Shown here piece by piece: positions 18,301 through 25,722 of a stretch of DNA of 64,000 nt. Source of the DNA: a virus. The notes under the pieces are model-generated. The model searched no databases. It had not been told where the DNA came from and saw nothing but the letters and a program-made list of their open reading frames with translations. The translations under genes and the position numbers were made by a program. The stretch spans positions 1 through 64,000 of the IMG/VR virus record IMGVR_UViG_3300036781_000236; one strand, given 5' to 3'. The first letter of the stretch is position 1; each line of letters starts with the position of its first letter.

Positions 18301-19572
18301 GTTGCTCGCGTCGGACATCCAATCCGCGAGCTTCTTCGTGTACTCCGTGACCACCGGCAGCAACGCTGTGCCGATCTCGGCTTCCAGGTTGTGGAGATTC
18401 GCTGTGAACCTGGCCTGCTGTACCGTAAGCTCGTCCTGGTCGCGTCCAAAAGAACCTTGCTGGTTCTGGGTCTGCTTCAAAATCAGGTTGTACGCTGCAA
18501 GCGTTTTCTGCTGCGCGGTCAACTGGCCCGTAGAACCCGCCATCGACTTCTGCAAACCCTTCTCCGCCGCGTTCAGCGCCAGCTGTGCGGTGGCTGCCTG
18601 GTAGCTCGACTGCCCGTGCTTCTGCACCGCCACGGAAAGCTTCTCCGTCGCGATACCCACCTGTGTCTGCGCCGATGCGACCTTGGTCATGTCCACGTTC
18701 GACTTCAAGATCCCCGACGACAGCGCCTCAGCCTTCAGCGTCGTGTTGTCGATCACCAAACCGAACTGCTTCAACGACCGCGTGCGTCCCTGCAACCCCG
18801 ACTCCAACGCCGACAACGCTGTGCTCACATCGACCTTCTTGAACGCAGCCATGTCGGCTGCCAACTGCACCATCGACTGGCTCATCTGAGCGGCCTTCTC
18901 GGGAGCCTCACCGACGTTCTCCAGCAACGTCCCGATAGTCCCCGACGCCTCCAACGCCGCGGACTTCGACAACCCCATCGCGTCAGCCGCGGTGGCTGCC
19001 CATGCCTTCATCGCATCTGCGCTCTCCCCGAACACGCTCTCGGTACGCGCGACCTGATCCTCAAGATCGGCGGCCTGCTCAATCGACTTCTTGACTGTCT
19101 CCACGATGGCCGACCCAGCGACGAACGCACCACCACCGAACAACAACGCGGCCCCGAACTCCTTGAACGCCCCTGTCCCAGCAATGGCACCACGTGTGAA
19201 CCCACCGAGGCCGTCCTCTGCCTTCTTGGCTTCCTCACGGAACGTCGAAATCTTGCTGCCGCCCTCGCTCACGGAGACACCAAGGTTTCTCGCCGAAGCA
19301 GCAGCGAGTTCGTTCGCGGCTTTCTCCTCTGCCGACCCGCGCACCGCCTGCGCCGCAAGCTGCTTGTACGCCTCCATCGTCTCCTGCAACGCAGCGCGTT
19401 CCTTCGTCTTCGACTGGACCGCACGCGACGCTTCCTCCTGGATCGTGCGGCCAGTCGCTGTGGCCGCACGATCCACCTCCTGAAGGTTCTCCTTCGTCCC
19501 GGTGAGCGTCGCCTCCTTGAATCCGGAGAAGTCCGCTCGAATCCGTACATAGGCTTCGCCAACGGCACTCAC
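15355..19572 (-). CDS. Tape measure protein
   Basis: 1405 aa, Ala/Gln-rich helical, N-terminal VGEAYVRIRAD, LAADMAAF, follows chaperones. Confidence 0.95.
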   Translation of the reverse strand: MSAVGEAYVRIRADFSGFKEATLTGTKENLQEVDRAATATGRTIQEEASRAVQSKTKERAALQETMEAYKQLAAQAVRGSAEEKAANELAAASARNLGVSVSEGGSKISTFREEAKKAEDGLGGFTRGAIAGTGAFKEFGAALLFGGGAFVAGSAIVETVKKSIEQAADLEDQVARTESVFGESADAMKAWAATAADAMGLSKSAALEASGTIGTLLENVGEAPEKAAQMSQSMVQLAADMAAFKKVDVSTALSALESGLQGRTRSLKQFGLVIDNTTLKAEALSSGILKSNVDMTKVASAQTQVGIATEKLSVAVQKHGQSSYQAATAQLALNAAEKGLQKSMAGSTGQLTAQQKTLAAYNLILKQTQNQQGSFGRDQDELTVQQARFTANLHNLEAEIGTALLPVVTEYTKKLADWMSDASNSERIQRDVTQAVQDFEGVMSVVGEVVKTGADAFNLLSDALGGAGHAVEVLGGLMLAYWKRDALKAAIAGDVAELAVLDTSLETTATVAAESSAAAAASVATIGDTALASAGGVSALSGTLLTLAATLGGGALGGVLGGNLGGSGGSTGSLLGGGIGGTIASKLLKGSGTKGGALGVIIAALANPSSVAGDKTVGSNPYPEGSGSYLDYADALKGRPYNPSSGQNIIGPGHPLIESAAYKAGLAEYEKLKSAKDSVKFDPTAIAKAIKAAQTGAGVIPKFTSGDTGGGAGGLSATAVADMRQSVNDLLDKSKGVFPDALGDKLRARGAQILGEITKGLGPDAAAKVRSDVSKFSSSVSDALSFDKFSKGEESKVSDLNDKLSQIANPATRSKLKSQVDDLMASIDAGTAGGRDKIQKEVKGISDTFRNDLKIDTATTKAKTQIASLTQTIGQMPEVMQEKVSPGLAQVNKLFANIASPADLEKAQARLKAFATNIKNDTKIDTAVASDKAQVSQLAKQIGEFPTDAQQALAPGLAALRTQIATVVTSAGVARAKTAMQNLAQAVQTEMDALKSKFEQDWSNMASVAMSLFDRQTQQHIDTMTAALNTATQQQDDQLNATLAAIQAQQSALTPTEQIVQNMQDAKNTADLAKQISDAQKQLSTDAAASAKNIADAESALAKAQTDLDKANTQGPSQATIQKLTDALNAAEAKVAAAQKNTPAAARAELEFLGAENALAAAKSAMVDPDTLQGLKDSVTDAQGQLADAQSQAADQQVSDQDALNDALYSQQLDALQKQAALERTAADTQAQIQTTAAQNAHDAQVQALNDEYNAAVQNYQDLRDLQATALQDQLNDLETSLEARGESIDDFNTDVLSAMKNFGLDPTWFTAGQNSASALIAGFASAASAAAGSLSTFQTGQGAGAVGAGDTTGTGASGAPELTSENGSIVAELQKQTKLLTKPAVKVTVTTGNNSNFVAADARR

Positions 19573-19574
19573 GG

Positions 19575-19948
19575 CTAGAACGACCCTCCCGTGCCGACCC
19601 GTGGGTCAGTGCCGCCCTGCACAGCCACGCCGGGGCGCTGGCGTGCCCCAGGACGCGGCGGACGCTCACCCGCACGCACAATCCCCGCCGGGGGCGCACC
19701 GCCCATCAGGCGACGCAGCTTGTCCTGCTCACGTGCCTGCTTCGGCGAAGCCTTGCCCTCAAGGATCGCGTCGATCTCCGCGACCCCATCAGAGTCACGG
19801 TTCTCAACCAGCACCGCGTACGCCACGTTGCACAAGCTCCGCAAATCGAGCCTGTCTACGCTCGCGCCTTGGAGGCAGAGCCTGCCGTCGAGCGTGTTGA
19901 AGTTCGCCGACGCCCAGTAGTAGAGGGCGACGGCGGCACGGTAGGGCG
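19575..19948 (-). CDS. Tail assembly chaperone GT extension (-1 frameshift product)
   Basis: The -1 frame is open from CGC-CCT-ACC and reads PYRAAVALYYWASANFNTLDGRLC... into ORF 19575..19844. Confidence 0.7.
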
Positions 19949-20260
19949 CGCGGTGTTCTCACCGATCAGCCACCACATCGCCTCGATCAGATCGATGAGA
20001 CCAACAGCATCGTCGCGCTGCTCGCGCACCTTGCGGTACTTCGCGTGAGCGCCACCGACAGGGTCGATCAGTTCCAGCATGATCGTGTCGATGTTCTCCA
20101 AGGTCTGCTTCGGACCCGTCTCTCCGGACAGTTCGTCGGCTTCCGCGATCACGTCGGGCGACACGGACTGGCGCATCTTGAACTTCTCCCCGCCGAGCTT
20201 GAACTCGACAGGCTTCTTGTGGCGCAAACGCTCGTGGCGTTCCGCATCGAAATCACGCAT
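19856..20260 (-). CDS. Tail assembly chaperone G
   Basis: Position; WLIGENTARPT followed by low-complexity tail; RBS AAAGGA. Confidence 0.8.
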   Translation of the reverse strand: MRDFDAERHERLRHKKPVEFKLGGEKFKMRQSVSPDVIAEADELSGETGPKQTLENIDTIMLELIDPVGGAHAKYRKVREQRDDAVGLIDLIEAMWWLIGENTARPTVPPSPSTTGRRRTSTRSTAGSASKARA

Positions 20261-20287
20261 ACGTACTGTCCTTTCGGTTCGGGAACA

Positions 20288-20623
20288 TCATGTGTTAGCC
20301 GCGCTGAGAGCGGGCCTGAGATATGGGTAGGCAGGAGCGCGACCAACGACACGTCCGCCACGCACGACGTTATGACCTTCCTCAACGTAAATGGCGTAGG
20401 TCACGTTCGATCCGATGTCTACGTATGGTGAGGTTGAATCCTCACCCTCCTGCCACGTAATAGACTGACGCAACCGACCCGTTTTCACGTTCGGGCCAGG
20501 ACGGCCGGTGGCGTACTGCTTTGCCGCTGTCTCCACACGGATCGCGCGCATCCGTAGGTCAGCCATGATCGGCCCCTTCACCAACTCCCGGAAGCCTGCT
20601 TCATCCCACGACACATCCATCAC
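20288..20623 (-). CDS. HK97 gp10-like tail completion protein
   Basis: VKTGRLRQSI...SNVTYAIYVEEG...PYLRPAL. Confidence 0.85.
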   Translation of the reverse strand: MMDVSWDEAGFRELVKGPIMADLRMRAIRVETAAKQYATGRPGPNVKTGRLRQSITWQEGEDSTSPYVDIGSNVTYAIYVEEGHNVVRGGRVVGRAPAYPYLRPALSAANT

Positions 20624-21165
20624 GATCCTCCCGTCTCTGGGTACGCCGGGATCTCGACACGGAACTGGAGTTGGAAGCCGCCGATGCCGCCCTGCGTCAG
20701 CACGCTAATGGCGGGGTCGAAGAACATGGCACGTGTCTTCGCAGGCGGGAACAGCAAGCCATTGCGCTTCAGGTAGGCAAGATGGTTCCAGATCGCCCAC
20801 ACGTCGTCATCGACAGTCTTCGCGGCGGCGCTCATCGCAGCCGGGGTCGGTAGCTTCACGCCCTGCCCACCAACGACCGGGACACACCGCAACGTCGTGA
20901 CGGTGAACTGCACCAAGCGGAGCGCGATGTTCATTCCCTCCCGTGCCCCAGGCTGCAAAGGGGGCTGCAACGGCGCGGTATCCGCCAACGCCGCCGCACC
21001 GACATGACAAGTGAGCTGAGCGCAGTCCCAAACGGGCAGGCCAGGGCTGACGTAGAAACGAGGCTGCGCCCCCGCGTCCGTCGAAGCGACAGCCTCATGC
21101 GCAGCAGCAAGCAACTCTTCAGCCGCCGCGTACAGGTCACCGGGTCCCGTGCCCACCTCAACCAC
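20620..21165 (-). CDS. Tail terminator-like protein
   Basis: WDCAQL, LRCVP, QGGIGG pattern; position. Confidence 0.7.
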   Translation of the reverse strand: MVEVGTGPGDLYAAAEELLAAAHEAVASTDAGAQPRFYVSPGLPVWDCAQLTCHVGAAALADTAPLQPPLQPGAREGMNIALRLVQFTVTTLRCVPVVGGQGVKLPTPAAMSAAAKTVDDDVWAIWNHLAYLKRNGLLFPPAKTRAMFFDPAISVLTQGGIGGFQLQFRVEIPAYPETGGS

Positions 21166-21518
21166 AGTGGGCCTCCGCGACTAGTCGCGGTCGAGGTTTC
21201 GCGCGACCAGGTGGTGCGACAGCACGCGCACGAACCACCGGCCGCGCCGACGCACGAGCAGCCACCGTGCTCACCTGCGGCTGCACCGTCACCGGACGTG
21301 CGCGACGCGACACATGCGCCAGAGAAAGCCGCCTGCGGGCCTTCGAGTCACGGCACGCAGCCAACGCATCTCGCGTCAACGCACGCGCGTTCAGGCCACG
21401 ATGCGAAGGACTGCCAGTGCAGAACCACGCACGGAGATACGCACCTGCCGCCTCACCTGTGATCGTGTGGTCTTCCACCGACCCGTAGCCTACACCGCCA
21501 CACGGTCAGCGTCCCCTT

Positions 21519-21546
21519 AAAAACAAATCTCCCCGTGAGGGGAGAT
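21519..21546 (-). terminator. Intrinsic terminator
   Basis: ATCTCCCC-TCAC-GGGGAGAT followed by TTGTTTTT on the minus strand. Confidence 0.9.
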
Positions 21547-21830
21547 AAGTTTTCGAGAGACACGATTGCCTACGTGCAAGACCTAGACCCTGGCTTCGTC
21601 AATGAGCGCTTGGTCGGTCTGCCTACCTCTCGGGGGAAACCTCCCCTCCGCCGGATGGTGTCCGCTGGTCACGGCCCAAGGATCGTGGCGAGCAGCTTGC
21701 TATCGCTGCCTCCGCGCATCCCTTCACTCCCTGCTCGGTAGCACCTTCCCTCTCCCCACCAACGGGTCAGCCGGTGGGCGTTGGGTCAGTCACTCTCTGC
21801 CTGACCCGGAGAGCGACCCCGAATCCGACT
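21519..21830 (-). ncRNA. Putative ~310-nt structured non-coding RNA of unknown class
   Basis: Bounded by consensus promoter and intrinsic terminator; no credible same-strand ORF; multiple G-U-containing stems and 8-nt complementary loops. Confidence 0.75.
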
Positions 21831-21835
21831 CAGCA

Positions 21836-21864
21836 ACCATATAGCGGTATGTCAGGCTTGTCAA
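21836..21864 (-). promoter_or_regulatory. Promoter TTGACA-17-TATGGT
   Basis: Perfect -35, exact spacer, box-like CCGCTATATG at -10. Confidence 0.85.
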
Positions 21865-22067
21865 GCCGTGGCGTGTACACGGTCACGGAACGCACCTCGC
21901 GACTCGCTCATCGGCAGCGGGCGAGGAACGACTGGGAGCCTGTAAGGACGAGGACGACCCCATCCCCAAGGCTGCACCCACGGGTACACGGACGGCACGG
22001 GGATCACGCCCATACCTCCGCACGTCGGACACGTCCGGCAGCAACAACCGCACCCGACGATCATCAT
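21861..22067 (-). CDS. Small Cys-rich hypothetical protein
   Basis: ATGA-coupled to VWA gene; GCGCCCRTCPTCGG. Confidence 0.45.
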   Translation of the reverse strand: MMIVGCGCCCRTCPTCGGMGVIPVPSVYPWVQPWGWGRPRPYRLPVVPRPLPMSESRGAFRDRVHATA

Positions 22068-22807
22068 CGGTTCGTCAGGTGGTCGAGGAGTCCCGACTCG
22101 GTCGGCTTCACAGCCTCACCTGCGACACCCATGACCGCTGCGCCAGCGTCGCCCATCACGTCAACAGACGACATTGATACGGACGACCTCAGGGTGCTTG
22201 TTGCCATGCTCACCGATGCCATCGTCCGAGCCACGCTGTCGCTGCTCGCGGCCATGAAGTAGCCGTTCTGGCCGGAGTACCCGACATTCGCCATCGTCCC
22301 GACGTACTCGCTGGACTGGCCGAGACCGAGGTACACGAACGTCCAGTTCCCCTTCGCCTCGTACTCCCGCACCAGCGCAGCCAGTGACTCGGCGGTGTAG
22401 TCCGTGGACATGTTCTCCGCGCCATCCGTCATGGTCACGACAAGCACCTTCGAGTCCTGCTTCCCCTCACGGGCGACGCGCGCTTCCAGATCCTTCACCG
22501 TGAACGCGATGGCGTCATACAGCGCTGTGCCACCACCAATCCGGTACGTCTTCCCGGTCAACTGCTCGACCTCAGCGAGCGGCGCACCGACGTACACCTG
22601 CTCGAACTCCGTGTCGAACAGCGTCAGCGACAACAGCGTGTCGCCGTCCTGCTCCCGCAGGTCGTTCACGTACTCGTTGAACCCGTCGATCACGGACCCC
22701 GCGAGGTGGCCCATCGAGCCAGACTTGTCGAGGATCATCGCGACCGCGAGATCCGTCGATGCCTTCTTCTTGCGCCGAGGCTTCGCAGGCGCGCTCGTGC
22801 TACTCAT
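22064..22807 (-). CDS. von Willebrand factor A (VWA) domain protein
   Basis: MIDAS ILDKSGSM, GGTALYDAI, MTDGAEN, WTFVYLG; start at MSSTSAP. Confidence 0.9.
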   Translation of the reverse strand: MSSTSAPAKPRRKKKASTDLAVAMILDKSGSMGHLAGSVIDGFNEYVNDLREQDGDTLLSLTLFDTEFEQVYVGAPLAEVEQLTGKTYRIGGGTALYDAIAFTVKDLEARVAREGKQDSKVLVVTMTDGAENMSTDYTAESLAALVREYEAKGNWTFVYLGLGQSSEYVGTMANVGYSGQNGYFMAASSDSVARTMASVSMATSTLRSSVSMSSVDVMGDAGAAVMGVAGEAVKPTESGLLDHLTNR

Positions 22808-23084
22808 CGGTTGGTACCTCACCTTCGGTTGTGGTTCGGGACGCGAACGACGCCACAGCCTGTGTGAGCGATTCCAACCTGTCCGTAGATACTGGACGCG
22901 TGTTCGCTTCGATCTGGCACAAGTACGCAGGGCTGATGCCCGCAGCAGCAGCCACAGAGTTCTGACTCGCGCCAACCGCGAGGCGCGCGTTGCGTATCAC
23001 GCTGCCGGATGTGCTCTCTAGCCGTTCCAGCTTTTTGCGCTGCGCGGCCAGATCGAGGAGTTCAAGCAGAGGGCGTTCGTTCAT
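22800..23084 (-). CDS. XRE-family HTH regulator
   Basis: IRNARLAVGASQNSVAAAAGISPAYLCQIEANTR. Confidence 0.85.
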   Translation of the reverse strand: MNERPLLELLDLAAQRKKLERLESTSGSVIRNARLAVGASQNSVAAAAGISPAYLCQIEANTRPVSTDRLESLTQAVASFASRTTTEGEVPTDE

Positions 23085-23092
23085 TTAGCGAA

Positions 23093-23121
23093 ATGCTAAA
23101 GCAGACGGCCCTGCGTGTCAA
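23093..23121 (-). promoter_or_regulatory. Promoter TTGACA-17-TAGCAT, near-leaderless for the XRE gene
   Basis: Consensus elements; ATG 8 nt after -10. Confidence 0.8.
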
Positions 23122-23126
23122 GTTAG

Positions 23127-23199
23127 TCGGGGTGACAGGGTTCGAACCTGCGACCTCTTCGTCCCAAACGAAGCGCGCTACCAACTGCGCCACACCCCG
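23127..23199 (-). tRNA. tRNA-Pro(UGG)
   Basis: Cloverleaf; CTTCG-TTTGGGA-CGAAG anticodon arm; GGTTCGAAC T-loop. Confidence 0.93.
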
Positions 23200-23203
23200 A
23201 AGG

Positions 23204-23274
23204 CTGCGGGAGAAGGACTCGAACCCTCACAACCTGATCCAAAGTCAGGCGTCCTGCCGTTAGACGATCCCGCA
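23204..23274 (-). tRNA. tRNA-Gln(UUG)
   Basis: CCTGA-CTTTGGA-TCAGG; GGTTCGAGT T-loop. Confidence 0.92.
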
Positions 23275-23279
23275 ACGTG

Positions 23280-23702
23280 TTACGGCAGCCGGGCGGGCTG
23301 CTGGAACACTGGCGGTTGCTGATGCTCGGACACTGCGCGAAGTTTAGCACGGCGCTCTCGCTTGTAGCATCTCATGTATTCGTTCTTCTTTTCTCTACAC
23401 AACTTACACTTGCAATATCTTTTCCCTGTCAATCCACCACCATGTGGCACCGATTTCTCAAGCGAAGTTTTCTTCTTGTGACAACACTGACATAGAAGTT
23501 GGCATTTATGTAGTTCGTCAACGAATCTTTTATCTGAAAAACTCGTTCCTTTACCAATCGTAAAGGATTTTGTTGATGGATCGATATGATCGAACTCTAG
23601 ATTTTCTACCGACCCACATCGAACACACTTTCCTCCCATGTGTTCGATGGCAGCAGCACGGCGCGCGTGATACCTGTTGAGCATGTAGGACGCCATGTCC
23701 AT
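23280..23702 (-). CDS. HNH endonuclease
   Basis: CVRCGS...LEFDHIDP...KCQLLCQCCH; low GC; inside the tRNA cluster. Confidence 0.9.
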   Translation of the reverse strand: MDMASYMLNRYHARRAAAIEHMGGKCVRCGSVENLEFDHIDPSTKSFTIGKGTSFSDKRFVDELHKCQLLCQCCHKKKTSLEKSVPHGGGLTGKRYCKCKLCREKKNEYMRCYKRERRAKLRAVSEHQQPPVFQQPARLP

Positions 23703-23718
23703 GACCCAAGTATATCTG

Positions 23719-23754
23719 GGAAAGGAGCATGCGCTGCCACTACGCTACGGCTCC
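23719..23754 (-). pseudogene. tRNA-like 5' half (acceptor strand, D-arm, anticodon-stem strand) upstream of the HNH
   Basis: GGAGCCG-TA-GCGT-AGTGGCA-GCGC-A-TGCTC; partner GAGCA found at ~23323-23327 but no canonical T-arm. Confidence 0.45.
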
Positions 23755-23758
23755 GAGG

Positions 23759-23831
23759 TGCCCCGTCACGGATTCGAACCGTGGTGACCGGCTTGAAGGG
23801 CCAGCGTCCTTGACCGCTAGACGAACGGGGC
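23759..23831 (-). tRNA. tRNA-Glu(UUC)
   Basis: CTGGC-CCTTCAA-GCCGG; GGTTCGAAT T-loop; C at position 33. Confidence 0.9.
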
Positions 23832-23837
23832 AAGCAG

Positions 23838-23910
23838 CGCCCCGGACGGGATTCGAACCCGTGCATCCGCCTCGACAGGGCGGCATCCTAGGCCACTAGA
23901 TGACCAGGGC
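23838..23910 (-). tRNA. tRNA-Asp(GUC)
   Basis: CCGCC-CTGTCGA-GGCGG; GGTTCGAAT T-loop. Confidence 0.92.
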
Positions 23911-23911
23911 A

Positions 23912-23983
23912 AGCGGGAAGAAGGATTCGAACCTTCGACCATCGGCTTAGGATGCCGCTGCTCTTCCACTGAGCTATCCCCGC
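23912..23983 (-). tRNA. tRNA-Arg(CCU)
   Basis: GCGGC-ATCCTAA-GCCGA; GGTTCGAAT T-loop. Confidence 0.88.
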
Positions 23984-23991
23984 GCGACATG

Positions 23992-24030
23992 GACGCTATC
24001 ACGCCCGCGTGAGAGGCCAGCTATACGAAG
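23992..24030. promoter_or_regulatory. Palindrome + 4 bp + CCAGCTATACGAAG; on the minus strand gives extended -10 TGA-TAGCGT ahead of tRNA-Arg
   Basis: Directly visible between tRNA-Ser(CGA) and tRNA-Arg. Confidence 0.75.
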
Positions 24031-24117
24031 CGGAGGAAGTCGGGATCGAACCGACACAGCCCTTACAGGCCATCGCCCTTTTCGAGAGGGGTAAGCACGC
24101 CAGCCTTGCGTTCCTCC
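24031..24117 (-). tRNA. tRNA-Ser(CGA)
   Basis: CCCCT-CTCGAAA-AGGGC; long variable arm; GGTTCGATC T-loop; atypical D-arm. Confidence 0.82.
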
Positions 24118-24121
24118 AAGG

Positions 24122-24733
24122 CGGCGGGAGTGGGATTCGAACCCACGCACCCCGAAGGGCCTAGCGCGCTAGCAACAGAAGTCTCTCTAAGAGACACACT
24201 CAAGCGTGTAATCATTGATCTTACGAACTACCAGAAGATTTCGTGTAATCTCAGCGTGGTGATTCGGACAAATAGCAAACATGTTACCTACCTCGTATTT
24301 ACCGCCGTCTTTACCAGGAACAAGCCTATGGATATCAAAGGTTTTAGAATACTCGCACCCTTCAATCATGCAATATGTGAAGAGAAACCTTTCTGACAAA
24401 AAATCTAAACGGCGTGTTGAATCATTTCTTGCTGGACGTTCTCTACCTCTTGTTGGTCTTTGTCGCTTAGCGACACAACTCTTACTACAAAACCGTGACT
24501 TTTTTGAAAAGGGCGAAAACTCCTTATCGCAATTCTCACATCTCTTCGTTGGGAGACGGCGTCGCAACCCATCGCATGCCTTTGAGCAATAGACATTTCG
24601 GCTAATGACTAACTGACTAGGACGCCTATAAATAGGCGTACTACATACCGAGCACACAGTATTGGGTGTTCTCATCGTCTGCTGTGCCATAGTGTTTCAG
24701 CCGTGCCCTCTTGAACCACTTGAGTACCCCGCC
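24122..24733 (-). tRNA. tRNA-Ser(GCU) interrupted by a ~526-bp HNH-encoding insertion
   Basis: 5' half 24702-24733 GGCGGGGTACTCAAGTGGTTCAAGAGGGCACG; 3' half 24122-24175 TTGCTAG-CGCGC, variable arm, GTGGG-TTCGAAT-CCCAC-TCCCGCC-G; acceptor stems match. Confidence 0.8.
24187..24690 (-). CDS. HNH endonuclease with N-terminal CxxC...CSxxC zinc-finger repeats
   Basis: Two CxxC/(Y/F)CSKxC repeats; DIHRLVPGKDGGKYEVGNMFAICPNHH; low GC. Confidence 0.88.
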   Translation of the reverse strand: MAQQTMRTPNTVCSVCSTPIYRRPSQLVISRNVYCSKACDGLRRRLPTKRCENCDKEFSPFSKKSRFCSKSCVAKRQRPTRGRERPARNDSTRRLDFLSERFLFTYCMIEGCEYSKTFDIHRLVPGKDGGKYEVGNMFAICPNHHAEITRNLLVVRKINDYTLECVS

Positions 24734-24828
24734 GAGAACGGCTATGTGGTGCGGGTACTCATGAGCGGCACATAGTCGGGATGGTACCACGCTTGCGGTG
24801 CCCCACCCCTATGTGTAGGGTAGCAACC

Positions 24829-25680
24829 ATGACACGAAAAACAGTCAACCGCGATAAGCTGGAGGCATGGCTTGACGAGCAAGGTATCGTCGCTGACGTT
24901 ACGTTGCTGTTCGAGAAGCCACCGAAGGCACCACGCTACGCAGAACGGAACGCCGAAGCCGCACGTCTCTACACCGAAGAACGCCTGACGCTCCAGGAGA
25001 TCGGTGACCGCTTCGGTGTCACCCGAGAATCCGTGCGGCTGTGGTTGAAAGCAGCGAACGTACCGAAGGTTGCGGTGCGGTCCCGGACCACGGAGCGCCG
25101 TAACCTGCGGATCGCCGCGCTGGTGGAACGCCGCGACGAGATGCGCGCGATGTACTTCGAGTGCGGTAACACCCCAGCTTTCGCGAAGCGTCTCGGTGTC
25201 GGACCAGCTATCGCGAAAGGGGTGGTAGACGCGGTGATCGGACGGGATGAGTGGCGGTTAGCGAAAGTGTGCGGTGCTCATCGCGTCTCCGACGACCTCC
25301 TCAGTGGCTATCTCCGTGACGCGGCGGCGCAGGTAGGCCAGGATGTGCCTCTCACCTACAAGGCTTACGACGAGATCGCGGAAGCCCGTGGGTGGCCCAC
25401 ACACCAGACGTTCGAGTTGAGGTGGGGAGGATGGCGCGACGCCTGTTCCGCGAACGGTGTGCGGTGCAACGACGTTCGACGTTCCTACACTCGTAAGTGG
25501 CCCGCGGAGAAGTGCTGGGAGTGCGTCCGCGGACTCGCCGTCGAAATCGGTCGTGTCCCCACAGTCACCGAGTACGAGCTGTGGAGCAAGGGACATCCAG
25601 ACCGTGCGTCGGTTGCGATTGTGCGTCGCCGTATCGGAGGATGGAAGGACGTGATCCGTACCCTCAGCACCGAACTGTGA
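24829..25680 (+). CDS. HTH (sigma-70 region 4-like) protein with homing-endonuclease-associated repeats
   Basis: LTLQEIGDRFGVTRESVR; two P(L/T)TxxxY...R(W/I)GGWxD repeats; leaderless promoter TTGCGG-17-TAGGGT at 24793-24821. Confidence 0.75.
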   Translation: MTRKTVNRDKLEAWLDEQGIVADVTLLFEKPPKAPRYAERNAEAARLYTEERLTLQEIGDRFGVTRESVRLWLKAANVPKVAVRSRTTERRNLRIAALVERRDEMRAMYFECGNTPAFAKRLGVGPAIAKGVVDAVIGRDEWRLAKVCGAHRVSDDLLSGYLRDAAAQVGQDVPLTYKAYDEIAEARGWPTHQTFELRWGGWRDACSANGVRCNDVRRSYTRKWPAEKCWECVRGLAVEIGRVPTVTEYELWSKGHPDRASVAIVRRRIGGWKDVIRTLSTEL

Positions 25681-25683
25681 ACG

Positions 25684-25714
25684 TCACGCGGGCGTGACAG
25701 TCCTGCTATACGAT
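25684..25714 (+). promoter_or_regulatory. Palindrome + 4 bp + CCTGCTATACGAT; -10 TACGAT for tRNA-Leu with palindrome in place of -35
   Basis: Directly visible; tRNA begins 8 nt after TACGAT. Confidence 0.75.
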
Positions 25715-25722
25715 GCTGGTTC

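Noticed and set aside
15832-19578. Long + strand ORFs opposite the tape measure gene (also 30611..32365, 38349..40316, 40320..42158)
   Set aside because: Antisense shadow ORFs expected in high-GC coding DNA; no RBS or motifs, and the minus-strand proteins are clearly recognisable
21158-21478. 106-aa Arg-rich ORF upstream of the tail terminator-like gene
   Set aside because: Low-complexity, no motifs; could be real but unsupported, so not listed as a feature
21519-21830. Identity as SRP RNA, RNase P RNA, tmRNA or 6S RNA; + strand ORFs 21535..21741 and 21602..21844
   Set aside because: No SRP helix-8 GNRA motif in context, no GAGGAAAGUC, no tRNA-like ends; the ORFs are antisense to the promoter/terminator and lack an RBS
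24176-24701. Group I intron in tRNA-Ser
   Set aside because: Only ~11 nt outside the ORF at each end and no recognisable P7/R/S core by eye; not excluded without a covariance search
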